A DNA stretch of 64,000 nucleotides from Tubiluchus corallicola (taxonomy: Eukaryota; Animalia; Priapulida): positions 4,296-68,295 of the forward strand of contig JAQGDQ010001039.1 in assembly GCA_030141605.1 (NCBI GenBank). Direction: 5' to 3'. Positions 37,531 to 51,519 of this stretch are shown here, one piece after another. Made by a program: the position numbers and the translations under genes. Each line of letters starts with the position of its first letter. Position 1 is the first letter of the stretch. The notes under the pieces were generated by a model that saw only the letters and a list, made by a program, of their open reading frames with translations, was not told the DNA's origin and did no database searches.

Positions 37531-38769
37531 TTTATTATTGTATTTCAACATGTCGCCTAACATTGTACAATTGTTGTAAATAAGTAATTACATCGTGATG
37601 TTTTAATAATTCGTTCTTTGTTTTTATTTATCTCTAGCCAAGAACTAGAGTGACGATCAACAAAACACAAATAACATGCTTTTTGTGAACTTCCTGCATT
37701 CAGTCTAAGAGCTTAAAAACTGGCACACTTAAAGAGCAAACAAAAATAGCTAGCTAGAACTTTTACAAGTTCGTGACATGGTACCGAAGAGCAAGCACTG
37801 TGTCGATTTTTCAAGTTCGCAACACAGACTGTAAGTTGGTAACCAGTGGGTATTGAACTCGAGTGCCCTATACGGTCAGTCTTATACAATATATATATAC
37901 AATTAGTATATATATATATATATATATATATTATAAATATTATTTATTTGTCATTAAAATGGTTCACTCATTATAATAAAATTAGTAAGCCTCAAGGTAA
38001 TGTTAAGATAACAACACTGTTCAAGACAAATGCGTCCAATGCAGACTAAAAAACTAAAGTGCAAAACTAAGGCCTAATTCAATACAGTAAATGGACATAT
38101 TTACAAACACCATATTAAAATATTTTACAAAACAATATTATAAAAGTACATTAAATTTTACACGACATATTTTACACTATATATACATTTGACATGACAC
38201 AATTAACAGAAACATGTATTACATTACATAAATTTCACTCATTACATTTACACTATTTATACATTTGACATTACAAAACTGACATAACACATATTACATT
38301 ACATACTTTTTTTAAAAAAATTTCATTTTTAATCGTTATATGGAGTCAGGGGCGGGAGTAGATGAAAGTTGAGTCTGTGTAATTAGTATGTGTAAAACAA
38401 ATGAATCATGGGGAGCGTCTTCAAACACTGTTTTTCGCATGTTCGTATTACAAAGCATCCATTTGTGTCCTTAGTAACAACGTTTTTACAAACTTTAGTA
38501 TAAAATATGGAACTTTTATATTATATCTGTCACTTTTATATTATACAGGTCGTTTTGTGTAAACTGGTACTATTTGATTTTAGTTGTTCTTTTATATTAT
38601 TTTGAGGCACGAAATCCGTGGTTTACTGGTATATAAAAGTCTTACGAATATAACAGCTATTTTATTTACAGAGTTTTTTAACCATACCCTGCAAATGGTC
38701 ACTGTATGTATTTTATGTAAATATTTGCATATGTGTAAAATTTTAAATTTTAAATAAAGAATTATACTA

Positions 38770-39090
<321 letters not shown>

Positions 39091-39164
39091 AACAACGAGC
39101 GGACTCCTCACAAAATAAGATGACATAAGAAAAGATATTTAAGTCAGGATAACTTGATTGAGCA

Positions 39165-39745
39165 AAGCTTGTTTACAACAAGGTTCTGATTAGTGCAAAG
39201 TTTGCAAACAATATTCAGGATAATACCAAAAAGCACAAATTTTGTTTTTGTTCAAAATATGTTTTTTGGTACTAGCCTGAACATTGCTTGCAAACTGTGC
39301 ACCAATCAGGAACTTGATGTAAACAAGCTTTTTTAATTTCATCTTTTTGGTTGCTTTTATGTTTTGAAAAAAACACGTCAAAATTTAAAAGCAACTCAAA
39401 AAGTGGAAATTTAAAAGGCTCTTCTAAAACTAGGTCCTGATTAGTGCACAGTTTGCAAACAATATTCAGGATAATACCAAAAAACAGAAATTTTATTTTT
39501 GTTCAAAAGATATGTTTTTTGGTATTATCCTGTGCAAACTGTGCTCCAATCAAGACCTAGTTTTAGAAGAGCCTTTTAAATTTCGTCTTTTTCAGTTGCT
39601 TTTAAATTTTGACGTGTTTTTTTTCAAAACATAAAAGCAACCAAAAAGATGAAATTAAAAAAGCTTGTTTACATCAAGGTCTTGATGGATGCAAAGTTTG
39701 CAAGCAATGTTCAGGCTACTACCAAAAAACATATCTTTTGAAAAA
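39165..39745. repeat. Nested long palindrome (foldback)
   Basis: ~39250-39485 is the reverse complement of ~39510-39745; 39165-39330 forms a second, overlapping hairpin. Confidence 0.85.
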
Positions 39746-39849
39746 AAACAAACATGTCAAAATTTAAAAGCAGCTCAAAAGACAAAATTTTAACAGCACA
39801 ATACAATTAATAAGAATGGCACTCTTGCTAGAAAACTTGAAGCTGACCC

Positions 39850-40420
39850 TTAAAGGACAAGAAAAGGGTCACCTGAAGTAGGCTTCACAAAAATCGCCTT
39901 AAAATGATACTATTTTACAGCAATTTTATGCGTATATCTTGCTCGCGTTGAAAGGAATTTTAGTTTGTTTTCATTTTAAATCTCCCGCAATACTGTTCTG
40001 ACCGCGCCATTACATGACGTCATATACGCACAACGTAAATCAGGGGAAGAAAAGGAAATGTTAAACTACGTCCCAAAAAACCTTCCATGCAAAATTATAT
40101 TACTTAGCATTTCGCTTACCTGCTTGAAAGACTTATGTAACTAAAAAGGAAAATTATTAATTATTTAAAATGTTTTCACCAATTGGTAAAATGTCACTGA
40201 CTCACCCTCCAGGGTGCACCACTCACTAATCAAAAATTTATTTTTAATCTTATGGACAAGATACAGTAATTTCAAATTTTATTTAGTTAGTGACGTGTGC
40301 GCTACGAATGTCCTGATTATTTTTTCAAACTTTATACAATGTTATTTTAACTTGTTTCAAATGACCTGTCGTCAAAATGGTTGCGTCTAACGGTCATCGC
40401 GGGAGTTTAAATTTACGTGT
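39850..40420. mobile_element. Inverted copy of dispersed repeat 11205-11730
   Basis: Reverse-complement similarity along its length. Confidence 0.7.
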
Positions 40421-40458
40421 TTTATGCAGCGTTATTGCAGAGACAAGTCTAATATGCA

Positions 40459-40770
40459 CAGAAGCAAGAAGTAACAGCACAGAACAGTTTATTACATTGA
40501 GAATATTTCTGAGACAAAAGTATGCCTGCATGTACGCAACAGTCAACAGACGTGGGGTATGTCTAGGGGGTATAGAAGCAAGGAGTAACAGCACAGAACA
40601 GTTTATTACACTGAAAGTATTTCTGAAATAATGGTATACTTACATGTACACAACAGTCGACAGACTTGGGGCAGGTGTAGGGGGTACAGAAGCAAGGAGT
40701 AACAGCACAGAACAATTTATTACATTGAAAGTATTTCTGAGACAGTGGGGTACTTGCACGTACACAACAT
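40459..40770. repeat. 114-bp tandem repeat, ~2.7 units
   Basis: GAAGCAAG.AGTAACAGCACAGAACA at 40461, 40575, 40689. Confidence 0.9.
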
Positions 40771-41029
40771 GGACTAGACCTACTTATATTATATACTATA
40801 TATACCATATACTATAATTCATACTAATACTATATACCGTCATATAATAGAATATACACTGTCTTCATTACTGTACATTCTGTAAGAGCATAATGGACTA
40901 TGGCAATCGCCTTAACATTCTAAGCACATTACAAGCCTATAAGCCCCAACCATGCTATTTTCAGATGCAAGTTTTATTTTACGGTGGCTCTATTTTGGGG
41001 CTGAAGTATTGTATGACTTCACTATAGAA

Positions 41030-42060
41030 CCCAGCAAACTTTCGGACCGTGAAAAATGCTCCTGCGTCGGTGTTGCTGATGCTGCTGCTGCTGCGGGCGA
41101 TGCGGATGAAGCCCGCGAAGCACTTCTAACAGCAGTCGCCGCGGCTTCGAAGCCAAGTTTTGCTCTGCAGCCAAGCGAATGCAATAACTTCAACTTGTGC
41201 GCTGTTTTTTTTTTACCAACATTTGGACATTGTGGTAGTTGTGCTTTTACGTCAACTGTAATTACACCCAATCGATTTGTGTAAGAAGCAATTTGGTTAC
41301 TAGGACTCCAGGGGTCGATATCTAGGTATTGTGGTTCATCTTTTGTGGTCTCGTCTCTGGCGTATGACGGCAGTCATGAATCGATGATCAGATGCCAGAA
41401 ATAGATCATAGGATGTAAAGCGAAAATCCCCCCCCCGTGAAAATTTCTGTGTCATAAAGTTTTTTTTGTTTCTGTTAGTGAAAAATGTCTGGTGAGCGCG
41501 TGTAACAATGGAAGAGAACGACGCGGACAACAGTGCTGTTGTTGAGCCCATGACGTCACCGGTGACGTCACCGGAGGAACCGCAAGAGGAGCCGGCCACC
41601 GGTTCCAAGGAAACCACGACCGAAAAACCCTCTAGGATACCGCTCATGAGGAGGTTTAGCAGGGCACCCAAAAAGGACAAGGAGACGACGGAGTGGACGA
41701 ATGCCGACGAACTGCCCCGGTCCCTGTACGGGACCCCCTTGGAGGACATTGACTCACGGATTTACGAGAAGGTAGAGAGATCATTTTACGATTATTGTTT
41801 TATTTTGCTGTAAATTCCGCGCGAGTTCGCTTCTGGGAATTGATCGGTTTTTGATCTGAAAATAGCATGGTTAATTATTTACCGCCTGATTTCCGTGAGA
41901 GAATTTGATGAATAAGTTTGACACTTGTCCGCGTGCGGCAAAGCGGTGTGCGCGGCGCGGTAATTTGGTTTAAAGAGGTGACGGTGATTTGGGCGTTTTT
42001 GCCGTTTCCGCGAATGCTGTTGTAGGATTTGTGAGGGAATTTCCGTTACCGTGACGACTT
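41030..42060. promoter_or_regulatory. GC/CpG-rich island around the first coding exon of the channel gene
   Basis: Marked local rise in CG dinucleotides against an AT-rich background. Confidence 0.45.
41508..41771 (+). CDS. First coding exon of a voltage-gated sodium channel alpha subunit (Nav2/DSC1-like)
   Basis: ATG in good context; exon ends ELPRSLYGTPLEDIDSRIYEK|GTAGAG. The P..LYG.PLE(D/E)(I/L)D motif followed by a phase-0 intron matches Nav N-termini as I recall them. Later exons not found in the window. Confidence 0.72.
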
Positions 42061-42309
42061 TTGTAGCATTTGTAAGCGGAGTTCCTTAATAGCTTCAGAT
42101 TTGCGGATTATTGAATTTCCTGTTTTTGTTTTGAATAGAATCTCACAGTGTCATTCGTTTATTTATTTATTTATTTATTTACTAATTATTTATTTGTTTA
42201 TTTGTATCTTTATTTCAACAGACTGCAAGTTACTTGATGATAAAAAAATTACAATACTTTAAATTCCACTACGACGAAAAACTAGAAAAGTGTATTTCAG
42301 CATAGCATC

Positions 42310-42368
<59 letters not shown>

Positions 42369-43014
42369 TTTTGTTATCGCCATTAAAGGAAAAGAGTACG
42401 ATTTTTAACACCTATAATTAGCATTTCTGATAATTCAGTCATAGCTTAAAACTTAAACGTTACATTGTAACATAAATTTATCTGTTAAACCGGTTCTTTG
42501 CTCATTGGCTGTGCTAAATAACCATACTAGTATAAGTATTCTCGGCAGAAACCGTATTAGAGCGTACGTGAACCACTATACTTATGCTTATAGACCTATC
42601 GACATATTTCAGCACAGCATCTATATATACATATAGTTTTGTTATCATCATTAAAGGAAAAGAGAACGATTTTTGACACTTATAATAATACCAAAGCATT
42701 TCTGATAATTAAATTATAGCTTAAAACTTACTTAACGGCCTGGCCGTTATATTGGCCAGCGCAGCAATGCGAAGACGTCAAAACTGAACATATTTTTTAA
42801 CGGCAGAAGGATTTCACGAGCGTGTTGTACGTGTGTGAGAAACTGAAAAACTAAACACGACGTCACTGTACAACAGCGATTGTGACATACAAATACACAT
42901 ACTGGGCTCACGAAAATTCAATTCCAAGCTAACTGTTCACGTAAGTGTGAGTCATTCTTAGAAAAAACACCTATGTTCTCTATTAATATTTGATAGATTG
43001 GATTATTTATTTAA

Positions 43015-43559
43015 AGCAAAACCGGACAAAACAATCTACTGTTTAAAATATTGAAAGGCAACATTCTATTTTTTAATAATGACTTACGTGAAAGAATTAT
43101 TACCACACAAATACAATTTCACGTTCGTGCCCCTAGTTCTTCGCTGCTACATGTATTTCGCCATTCGCTAATTAAACGGGCACTAGCGCCTGCATTTCGG
43201 AAAAGCGTTGCACGAAAAGAGGTGCGGTACCTCTTAGTTCAGGTGTGTTAGTTTGTGACAAACTACGCACGTTCGACAGCTTATATGTGAAAACAGCGGT
43301 ATACTTGAAATTTGAATTTTTATCTCAAAACTTGCCTAGTTTTAGTACAACACACTGAATATCTTACAGTAGCACTGTACATCAATTTTCGCTCGTGAAA
43401 TATGTTTACTGTTGAAAATTATGTTAGTTTGTGATGTCATCATTAGTTGGGCTCGTCCGCCATTAATTAAGATTTTAATCCATTATTTTATTATTAAAGT
43501 GTATATTTTTTACCGGACTTGAAAATGGGGTAGCATATGAAAAATCATCCTGTCTTCCT
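43015..43559. mobile_element. Second Kolobok-like MITE family
   Basis: TTAA|AGCAAAACCGGAC ... ATCCTGTCTTCCT|TTAA; internal part recurs at ~30215-30300 and one end at ~53360-53430. Confidence 0.6.
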
Positions 43560-45092
43560 TTAAAGTATAAACCTTTTATATTGCCTAACTATAAGTTTTT
43601 TTTATAAAGGCAAGTTCAAACCGCGATTTTTACACCAACAATAAATTTATAATAGAGGGAAAGTAACTTAACATTTTGGGTTTGTTTCTCTTAAAATTCA
43701 ACATTATTGCTTAAACGAAAACAGGATGATTTTTCTGTGCTAATCTAACTAGCGAATGACGAAATTCATAAAAAATTAAGAACTAATTGCGCGAACGCAA
43801 AGGCGCTTATCAATATGCGTTTTCTAATAATTTTCGTTAATACTGAAATAAACACAACTTATCAGAAGGATTGATCTTTCCTTTAATAAACTGAGATAAA
43901 ATGTTCGCAAAGTAGCCTTATAATAGAAATTGCGAAAGCGTACAGATTCGCACGGTTGCCCTCTGCAGTGCTGGAGATTCTTCGGACATACTGGACGTAC
44001 TTCGTCCAGTGCTGGACATAGTTCGACCCCTTTGCGACGTATTGCGTGACAAGGTTATTGATATCCTGCTAATTGTTTACTAAAGTGATTACGAATCACA
44101 CACGAATCGTAGAATATTTAACTGTGACACGGATATTGCTACGCGTGGTTGCCTAAAGCTATCCGATAGATACTATGATCATATAGACGTAGATATATTG
44201 TATCCATGCATGTGAATGAGTACTTCTAGTTGTTTCTAGTTTTAGTTTTATGCATAGTAGTTAATAGTTTTCTTCCGCCGAACGCATTTGCTTTTAGCTG
44301 TGTTTTAACGAAATTTCACTGCTCTGACTGCACTCACTGCTAGGTTCTGTTTATTAGAAAGTGTGTTGCTGTATTTTTTTTTGCTGATACATGTGCTCTA
44401 GATATACTCTTATTGCTAGACATTATGTTCGATAATTTTATTGCTAAAAATTTGATTAGTAGTTTTTCAGCGAACGAAATTTCACTGCTCTGAAACAGCT
44501 GCCGTGTTTTACTTATGTATGGGCTCGTTTCTGTATTTAAGTACTACTGAATCTAGGTTCTGTTTATTAGAAAGTGTGTTGCTGTTTAAAGACGTCTATA
44601 TGTCGACGTGATTTACTGAATATAGAAAAGCATTAAGACGAATCTTAAACTTGCCTAAAAATCCTCATTCAAACATTGTGTATTGCTGGTACATATACTC
44701 TAGATATGCTCTCCATAAGCGAATTTTAAAGCTCTATTGTACATAAATTTATATGTTAAACCAGTTCTTTGCTCATTGGCTGTGTTAAATAACTATACTA
44801 GTATAAGTATCTCGGCAGAAATCGTACTAGAGCACACGTGAACCACCATACTGATGCTTACAGACCTGTCGACATAATAGCGTACATTCTGTTCTGGACT
44901 TTGCATAATGAAATATGCAATTGAATATTTCACACTTAATGATATTAATGAAATGTTGTATTCGCTACTAACAAAGTAATGTATATACCAATGTAAATAG
45001 CACTACTTATCCTAATATATTATATGTAATGCTATCACTTACTATTACTATTAGTATTACTATTACTATAAGCTATTACTATTAGCTACTAC

Positions 45093-45656
45093 TGTTGTTG
45101 TTGTTGGCATCCTTCTGTCTTGGAAGACAATGGAGTGTGCGCCAAGAGAGTCAGTTATTGATCACATTGATGGAGCTGCAGCGTCGACTGTGGCTGAACA
45201 ATCCGATCCTTGAACCACTGGAGTGGCCTCTCCAGGGTGCATGCCTGGGCAAGGTGTATGGAGATCCTGAGTTGCCCAGACAACAGGAACTCCCTCTCTT
45301 CCTCCCTGGTGTAGTCCAAAGGAAAGCGGAGTGATGCGTTTGGCACCAGGTTGGCTGCAGGAGCTGCCGGAGTCAGTGAGCATACTGCACTGGTCCGCCT
45401 TCGGGCTCCACTCCTGATTTGGAAGGTTTACTCCTCTACACATGGCCGTTGGGTCACTTGACCTCCTCCGCCCTCTAGCCGTTGACTGCTTGTGCTCCTC
45501 CGCCTAGTGTCGAGATACAGTGTGGGCATTCGCGCAAGCCTACAGCACCTGGTATTCCTAGGCGGTCACCAATCCAAGTACTAATCAGGCTCTACGTTGC
45601 TTAAAAATCGGTGATCAGACGAGAACCGGTGTTTTCAACGTGATATGGCCGTAGAC
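45093..45656 (-). mobile_element. 5S-rRNA-derived SINE, full-length copy (~564 bp)
   Basis: Complete 5S head, body and (CAA)n tail; probable target duplication TAGCTACTAC/TAGCTATTAC within a TATTAC array. Confidence 0.92.
45536..45656 (-). pseudogene. 5S rRNA-like head of the SINE (not a functional 5S gene)
   Basis: GTCTACGGCCATATCACGTTGAAAACACCGG...GCTGTAGGCTT, 121 nt; no oligo-T terminator after it; box A region mutated to TTTTT. Confidence 0.85.
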
Positions 45657-45659
45657 TAG

Positions 45660-45945
45660 CTATTACTATTACTATTACTATTACTATTACTATTACTATT
45701 ACTATTACTATTACTATTACTATTACTATTACTATTACTATTACTATTACTATTACTATTACTATTACTATTACTATTACTATTACTATTACTATTACTA
45801 TTACTATTACTATTACTATTACTATTACTATTACTATTACTATTACTATTACTATTACTATTACTATTACTATTACTATTACTATTACTATTACTATTAC
45901 TATTACTATTACTATTACTATTACTATTACTATTACTATTAGCTA
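45660..45945. repeat. (TATTAC)n microsatellite
   Basis: Direct reading. Confidence 0.95.
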
Positions 45946-46698
45946 TTACTGTTACTAATTAAGCTATTAGTACTAGTAATTGCTATTTACATGTGTGAAT
46001 AAAGATGATATATATAAAGATCATACAAAATGGAAGCAGGGTTGACGTATTCATAGATTATAGTTCAACTTTTCTCTTTCGGATTTCCTTGTCATTATTT
46101 ATTGTCGAAATTTGGAATTTAATTTAATAACAAAATGTTCAATTATCATCTAAAAATCCATCAATCATATTTGCGTTTGTAGTTACGGCTGCCCAATCCA
46201 TTAAAGACTAAACAGAAACACGGTAGATGCAAATTAACAGTTAATTCTATAAAATTTGTAAAATTATTTATTCGCTTAAGTAGGCTTAATAAACAACAAA
46301 CTCAGTCTCAATTTCAGATGTTGGGGGTCAATTCGCTCTTGTAATCTTGCTTTAAGTTCATCTAAGAGCATCGAGCAGCCAGATTTTCGTCTTTAAGTTG
46401 CAACAAAGCGTTTCGTTTTTGGAAACAACTGCGATGGCTCTTTCACGAAACGTGCCGACCAAGATAATTACATGTACGTGTTACTGGTGACGTAAAATCA
46501 ATTAAATAGAATTGGTGATTTAGTCTTCTTGGAAATTAGCTATTTGACATAGAGCATGGGCAGCGAAAATCGTAAACTTCACGTTAAATTCAGGTTTAGT
46601 TTTACTTTAATGTACACAAAATTTTAACATTTCTGGCTGGTTAACAGAACCATATATCTAGCTTTCGATTATTAGTAATTATGTTGACTACATAATTA

Positions 46699-47153
46699 CC
46701 GTATTTTCCCGTGTATAAGAGACCCTTTTTTGCTCAGAATTTTCACTTTAAAAATAGGGGGTCTCTTATACATGGGAGTAAGTCTTTTCAATAAGATGCA
46801 TAAATTGTGACACTAACGATTTTAAAGAAATAAGTGCTCTACAACTGTTTTGCGTGTGGCGTTCGACTATGAAGCGGTTGTAAGCAATACAAGCATCGTG
46901 ACACAGGCATTATCTCCTCGTTTTCTCTTTTCCTGTTACAGGTTTGCAGGTACGCACTTTAATATATACCAGTACTCTTTTTCTACAACACATTAACTGG
47001 TTTTATTTTGTTTTCAGTACCGCACTGAGTTGAAAAAAGTTGTACTCTACCCTCTAAAAATGTCCGTCTGAAAAAACTTTTTTCCAGAATTTTTGCCTAA
47101 AAATTGAAGGGGTCTCTTATACACAAGGGTCTCTTATACACGGGAAAATACGG
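46699..47153. mobile_element. Tc1/mariner(pogo)-type MITE, 455 bp
   Basis: TIR CCGTATTTTCCCGTGTATAAGAGACCC / GGGTCTCTTATACACGGGAAAATACGG, with TA at both junctions. Confidence 0.85.
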
Positions 47154-48359
47154 TAATTATGTTGACTACATAATTATGCTCGCAAATAAGGTATCTTGTT
47201 CCACATTAACCAACGAAGATTTGTTAGGTTGTTATAACGTAACTGTAACGACATGTTTCCAAACAAACAAAGGCAGCTGATTTTAGTAATTTGTCACAGA
47301 ATTGTGTAATACATAAATTACAGAGTCGTTTTAAAGCAGTCAAAACAGTTGGGAACAATTACAGTGATCTAACGCATAAATCAGCAGTTTCGGAACACTT
47401 AATTAATTTTTAATTAGGATGGCTGCTTTAATCATTGCAATTTACGCGAGAAAATGTAGTCGTTATGCACGTTATAGATGCGATAAACAGCCTCGAGAAT
47501 TAAAATGCAAATGTGTTAAAGCGTTGCAGTATTTACCCCAGGAATTTAAGGTTCGGTTAAAGCAGTAATTCTTAAACGCGCGGTACACCCCAAGGCGGTA
47601 GCGTGGGCCCACTGCTGTTTCTAAACTTAATAAGCCGATGTTTGCTTGTAATAGAAATTGGTTGCACGCAGTTCTTGAAAATATTTTACAGCAGAAATGA
47701 TGCTGAGCGTGCGATCGCTTCGGCAGTTTGTTTGGTTTTTACGCTGTTATTATTTGCTTTTTCAAAAGTTACAATTTCGTGTTTCCATGGTGGTAGAGCA
47801 CCACGTTTCGTTATTGTTAACGATGCAATCAGACGGAAACAATTGTCACTCTCAGCTGTTGATAGAACCTTGTGTTTTTACAATCTGATGGCTTCTTTCC
47901 ACTCATTCCTGAAAAGTCACAATTATCCTGTTTTTTGTCATCGGTCTAAGGATAATTGGTTAATAGGAAGGCAGACAATGCACTGCCGGTTTTTCAATTT
48001 GTTCAATGACTCTAATAGGCCTCATTAAACGACTCTTCCTTCCAATCTAAGAAAAAAAATCAATCGCTAGGCAGATGGTTATCCAAAGGATTAGTACTGT
48101 TATTAGTGGTGAGGTTAGATTAGCTGGAAAGAAAAGTTCCTGCATTTTTTGTTAAAATTCAATAGCGAAGATCTTCTTTATCCTGCATTGAGGACGTTTT
48201 TGCAACTTTGATTCGTTAGATGGGCCTTCAAAAGCGATCAAGGTGACTTCGGGAATAGCTGCCATTTGTCTTTCAGATTGTAACGTTATTTAAGTAAGCT
48301 TAACCACTTAGTCGTGAAGGAAGGAGATTGTCCAGCTGCAGAGGACAGAAGCAGAGACA

Positions 48360-48830
<471 letters not shown>

Positions 48831-49129
48831 GGGAAGCCTGTTGTACAACTCTGTCGCAATTTGTAATCAACGTTAACTTAAAAGCAATATTATTGAGCCA
48901 TCTCTGGGGTTTACCTATCTGTAGGATAAAACCTTTTAATTATAGATCAGGTTCGAACAAAATTCCAACGTTGGGGAAATCTATATTAGCATCTAGATAA
49001 TGTACTTGGAATTGCACTGCCGTTAGATTTCGCTACGTTAAAATAAGTTTTTAGTAAATCTGGTTGTCACTGGTCAGTAGAATCGGCTACTAAATTAAAA
49101 ACCTATCTTCGTATAATATATTGTATATA

Positions 49130-49905
49130 ATATAATGTAATGTAATGTAATGTAATGTAGTGTAGTGTAGTGTAGTGTAGTGTAGTGTAGTGTAGTGTAG
49201 TGTAGTGTAGTGTAGTGTAGTGTAGTGTAGTGTAGTGTAGTGTAGTGTAGTGTAGTGTAGTGTAGTGTAGTGTAGTGTAGTGTAGTGTAGTGTAGTGTAG
49301 TGTAGTGTAGTGTAGTGTAGTGTAGTGTAGTGTAGTGTAGTGTAGTGTAGTGTAGTGTAGTGTAGTGTAGTGTAGTGTAATATATCATATCATATCATAT
49401 CATATCATATCATATCATATCATATCATATCATATCATATCATATCATATCATATCATATCATATCATATCATATCATATCATATCATATCATATCATAT
49501 CATATCATATCATATCATATCATATCATATATCATAACATAACATAACATAACATAACATAACATAACATAACATAACATAACATAACATAACATAACAT
49601 AACATAACATAACATAACATAACATAACATAACATAACATAACATAACATAACATAACATAACATAACATAACATAACATAACATAACATAACATAACAT
49701 AATAAAACATAATAACATAACATAACATAACATAACATAACATAACATAACATAACATAACATAACATAACATAACATAACATAACATAACATAACATAA
49801 CATAACATAACATAACATAACATAACATAACATAACATAACGTCACGTAACGTAACGTAACGTAACGTAACATAACATAACATATCACAACACAACACAA
49901 CACAA
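49130..49905. repeat. Compound pentanucleotide array TAATG/TAGTG/ATATC/ATAAC
   Basis: Direct reading. Confidence 0.95.
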
Positions 49906-51519
49906 GACAACATAAAAAAATATAATAATTAGCGAATTATTAGCACTATGTGTAACTGGAAAACTACACTCCCGTAATAAAAAGCAGTACTAAATTCTCA
50001 TAGTACGTTTACAAGATGTAAAAATTTAAAAAACTAGACGTGTATATGAGTGATTTAGGAAAAACAAATCAAATTACTTCGTGAATAAGTTTATCTTTAG
50101 CTACTAGTGTATGCTGAGAATGTGGGTCTCTGACGTCATGGTAATTTCTAGGCTGTTGGTAGGAATTATGCTGTAATAGCTGATGGTCAGTAATACCTGC
50201 TTAACTACTAGCAGCTCAGCTAGTAGTGTCTGGTCACTCGATGATGGATCAGTGACAAGTGGCCGTAGAGACACGCGGTCAAGTAGTTTTTCCTTCGTTG
50301 CTGTTCTTCAGGGTGTTATTTTGGTACCGTTTCTGTTTAGCTTCTACTTTGGAATTCTATACCATTACAGGTTAAACAAATCAAGTCCCTATCAACATTT
50401 AAAATAAAATTAAAATCACTAATATTAACCAGATATGAAATACCATCACACCAGCACGACAACGTACACACTAATTCAGAATTTATATATCCACGCCCAT
50501 GCTAATTAAATCGTAATTTTTTTCATTTTTTGTGCATAGTTGTAAATATGTTTGATTTTATTCGTCGTTACTTTCCATTACTGCACTGTAGTTTAGATTG
50601 CGCTGACGCATTTGCCTTTAGCAGTGTAAGTTTTTATTAACTAACTCTGATTGATCATCTCTGTAAAGTTTTTATCAGTGATTATCAATGTATTTGAATA
50701 GCAAATAAAGATTATATATATATAGCTCATATATGAATATAACATAAAGGCTTTCACGACAAGTGTTACCAGACGACTACCTATCTGTAATGCAGGACAA
50801 ACGGCAACGGAAACCATGCTTAAGGTTACAACTAGCAAGAAGGTTAAAGCATTGTTTAGCAAATGCATATATAGTTGTGCCAAGTACAAGTATTTAGCAT
50901 CAGCAGACTGGTACTGTATTTAGAGTTGTGTATGTGTAATACGAGCAGCTCTGGCATCAGACGAGTTTAAAACACCAATCTGGAATAATCCCAAACTAAT
51001 CTAGGAGACGGAAAAACACTCGAAAGGCTTTATAACATCAGAGTTGTATAAAAACGGGAGAGATTCCTCAAGGCGTCAGCTGTTAACCTCGCTAAGCAAC
51101 AACAATTGTTTAGGAGTGGCTAATAAGAACAGGATTTTCGCAAGGAAGAGTTAAAACAGTAATCGCGGCATGTTAAAGTGACATTAATAAATATTTCAAG
51201 TAAAAATGTGTCTAGCATTCAGTTCTCTTAAACAGTTTTGATGAGGTTCAACAGCAGATTGGTCACGGTGACAAAAGTTGAGCAACACCAAAGGTAGTCA
51301 GCGACTGGATGGATGATTGCCAAATTCAGTGCGTTCTGACGTGTGTTCAGTTTGTCATGCTTATTGTGGCTGTTTACCTGATTAACACATATCTGCTTGT
51401 GCATATTACAGAATTGGCTTTGAAAACGACTAAGGTTTTGGATTTTCACACAAAGTCTTAGTTTACTTTCTGCTGAGGAATTACTGATTACTATTTAATA
51501 ATAATGTTTTTGGTAATTA

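Noticed and set aside
40990-41271. Ala-rich minus-strand ORF in the CpG island
   Set aside because: Short, no recognisable domain; more likely 5' UTR or promoter sequence of the plus-strand gene.
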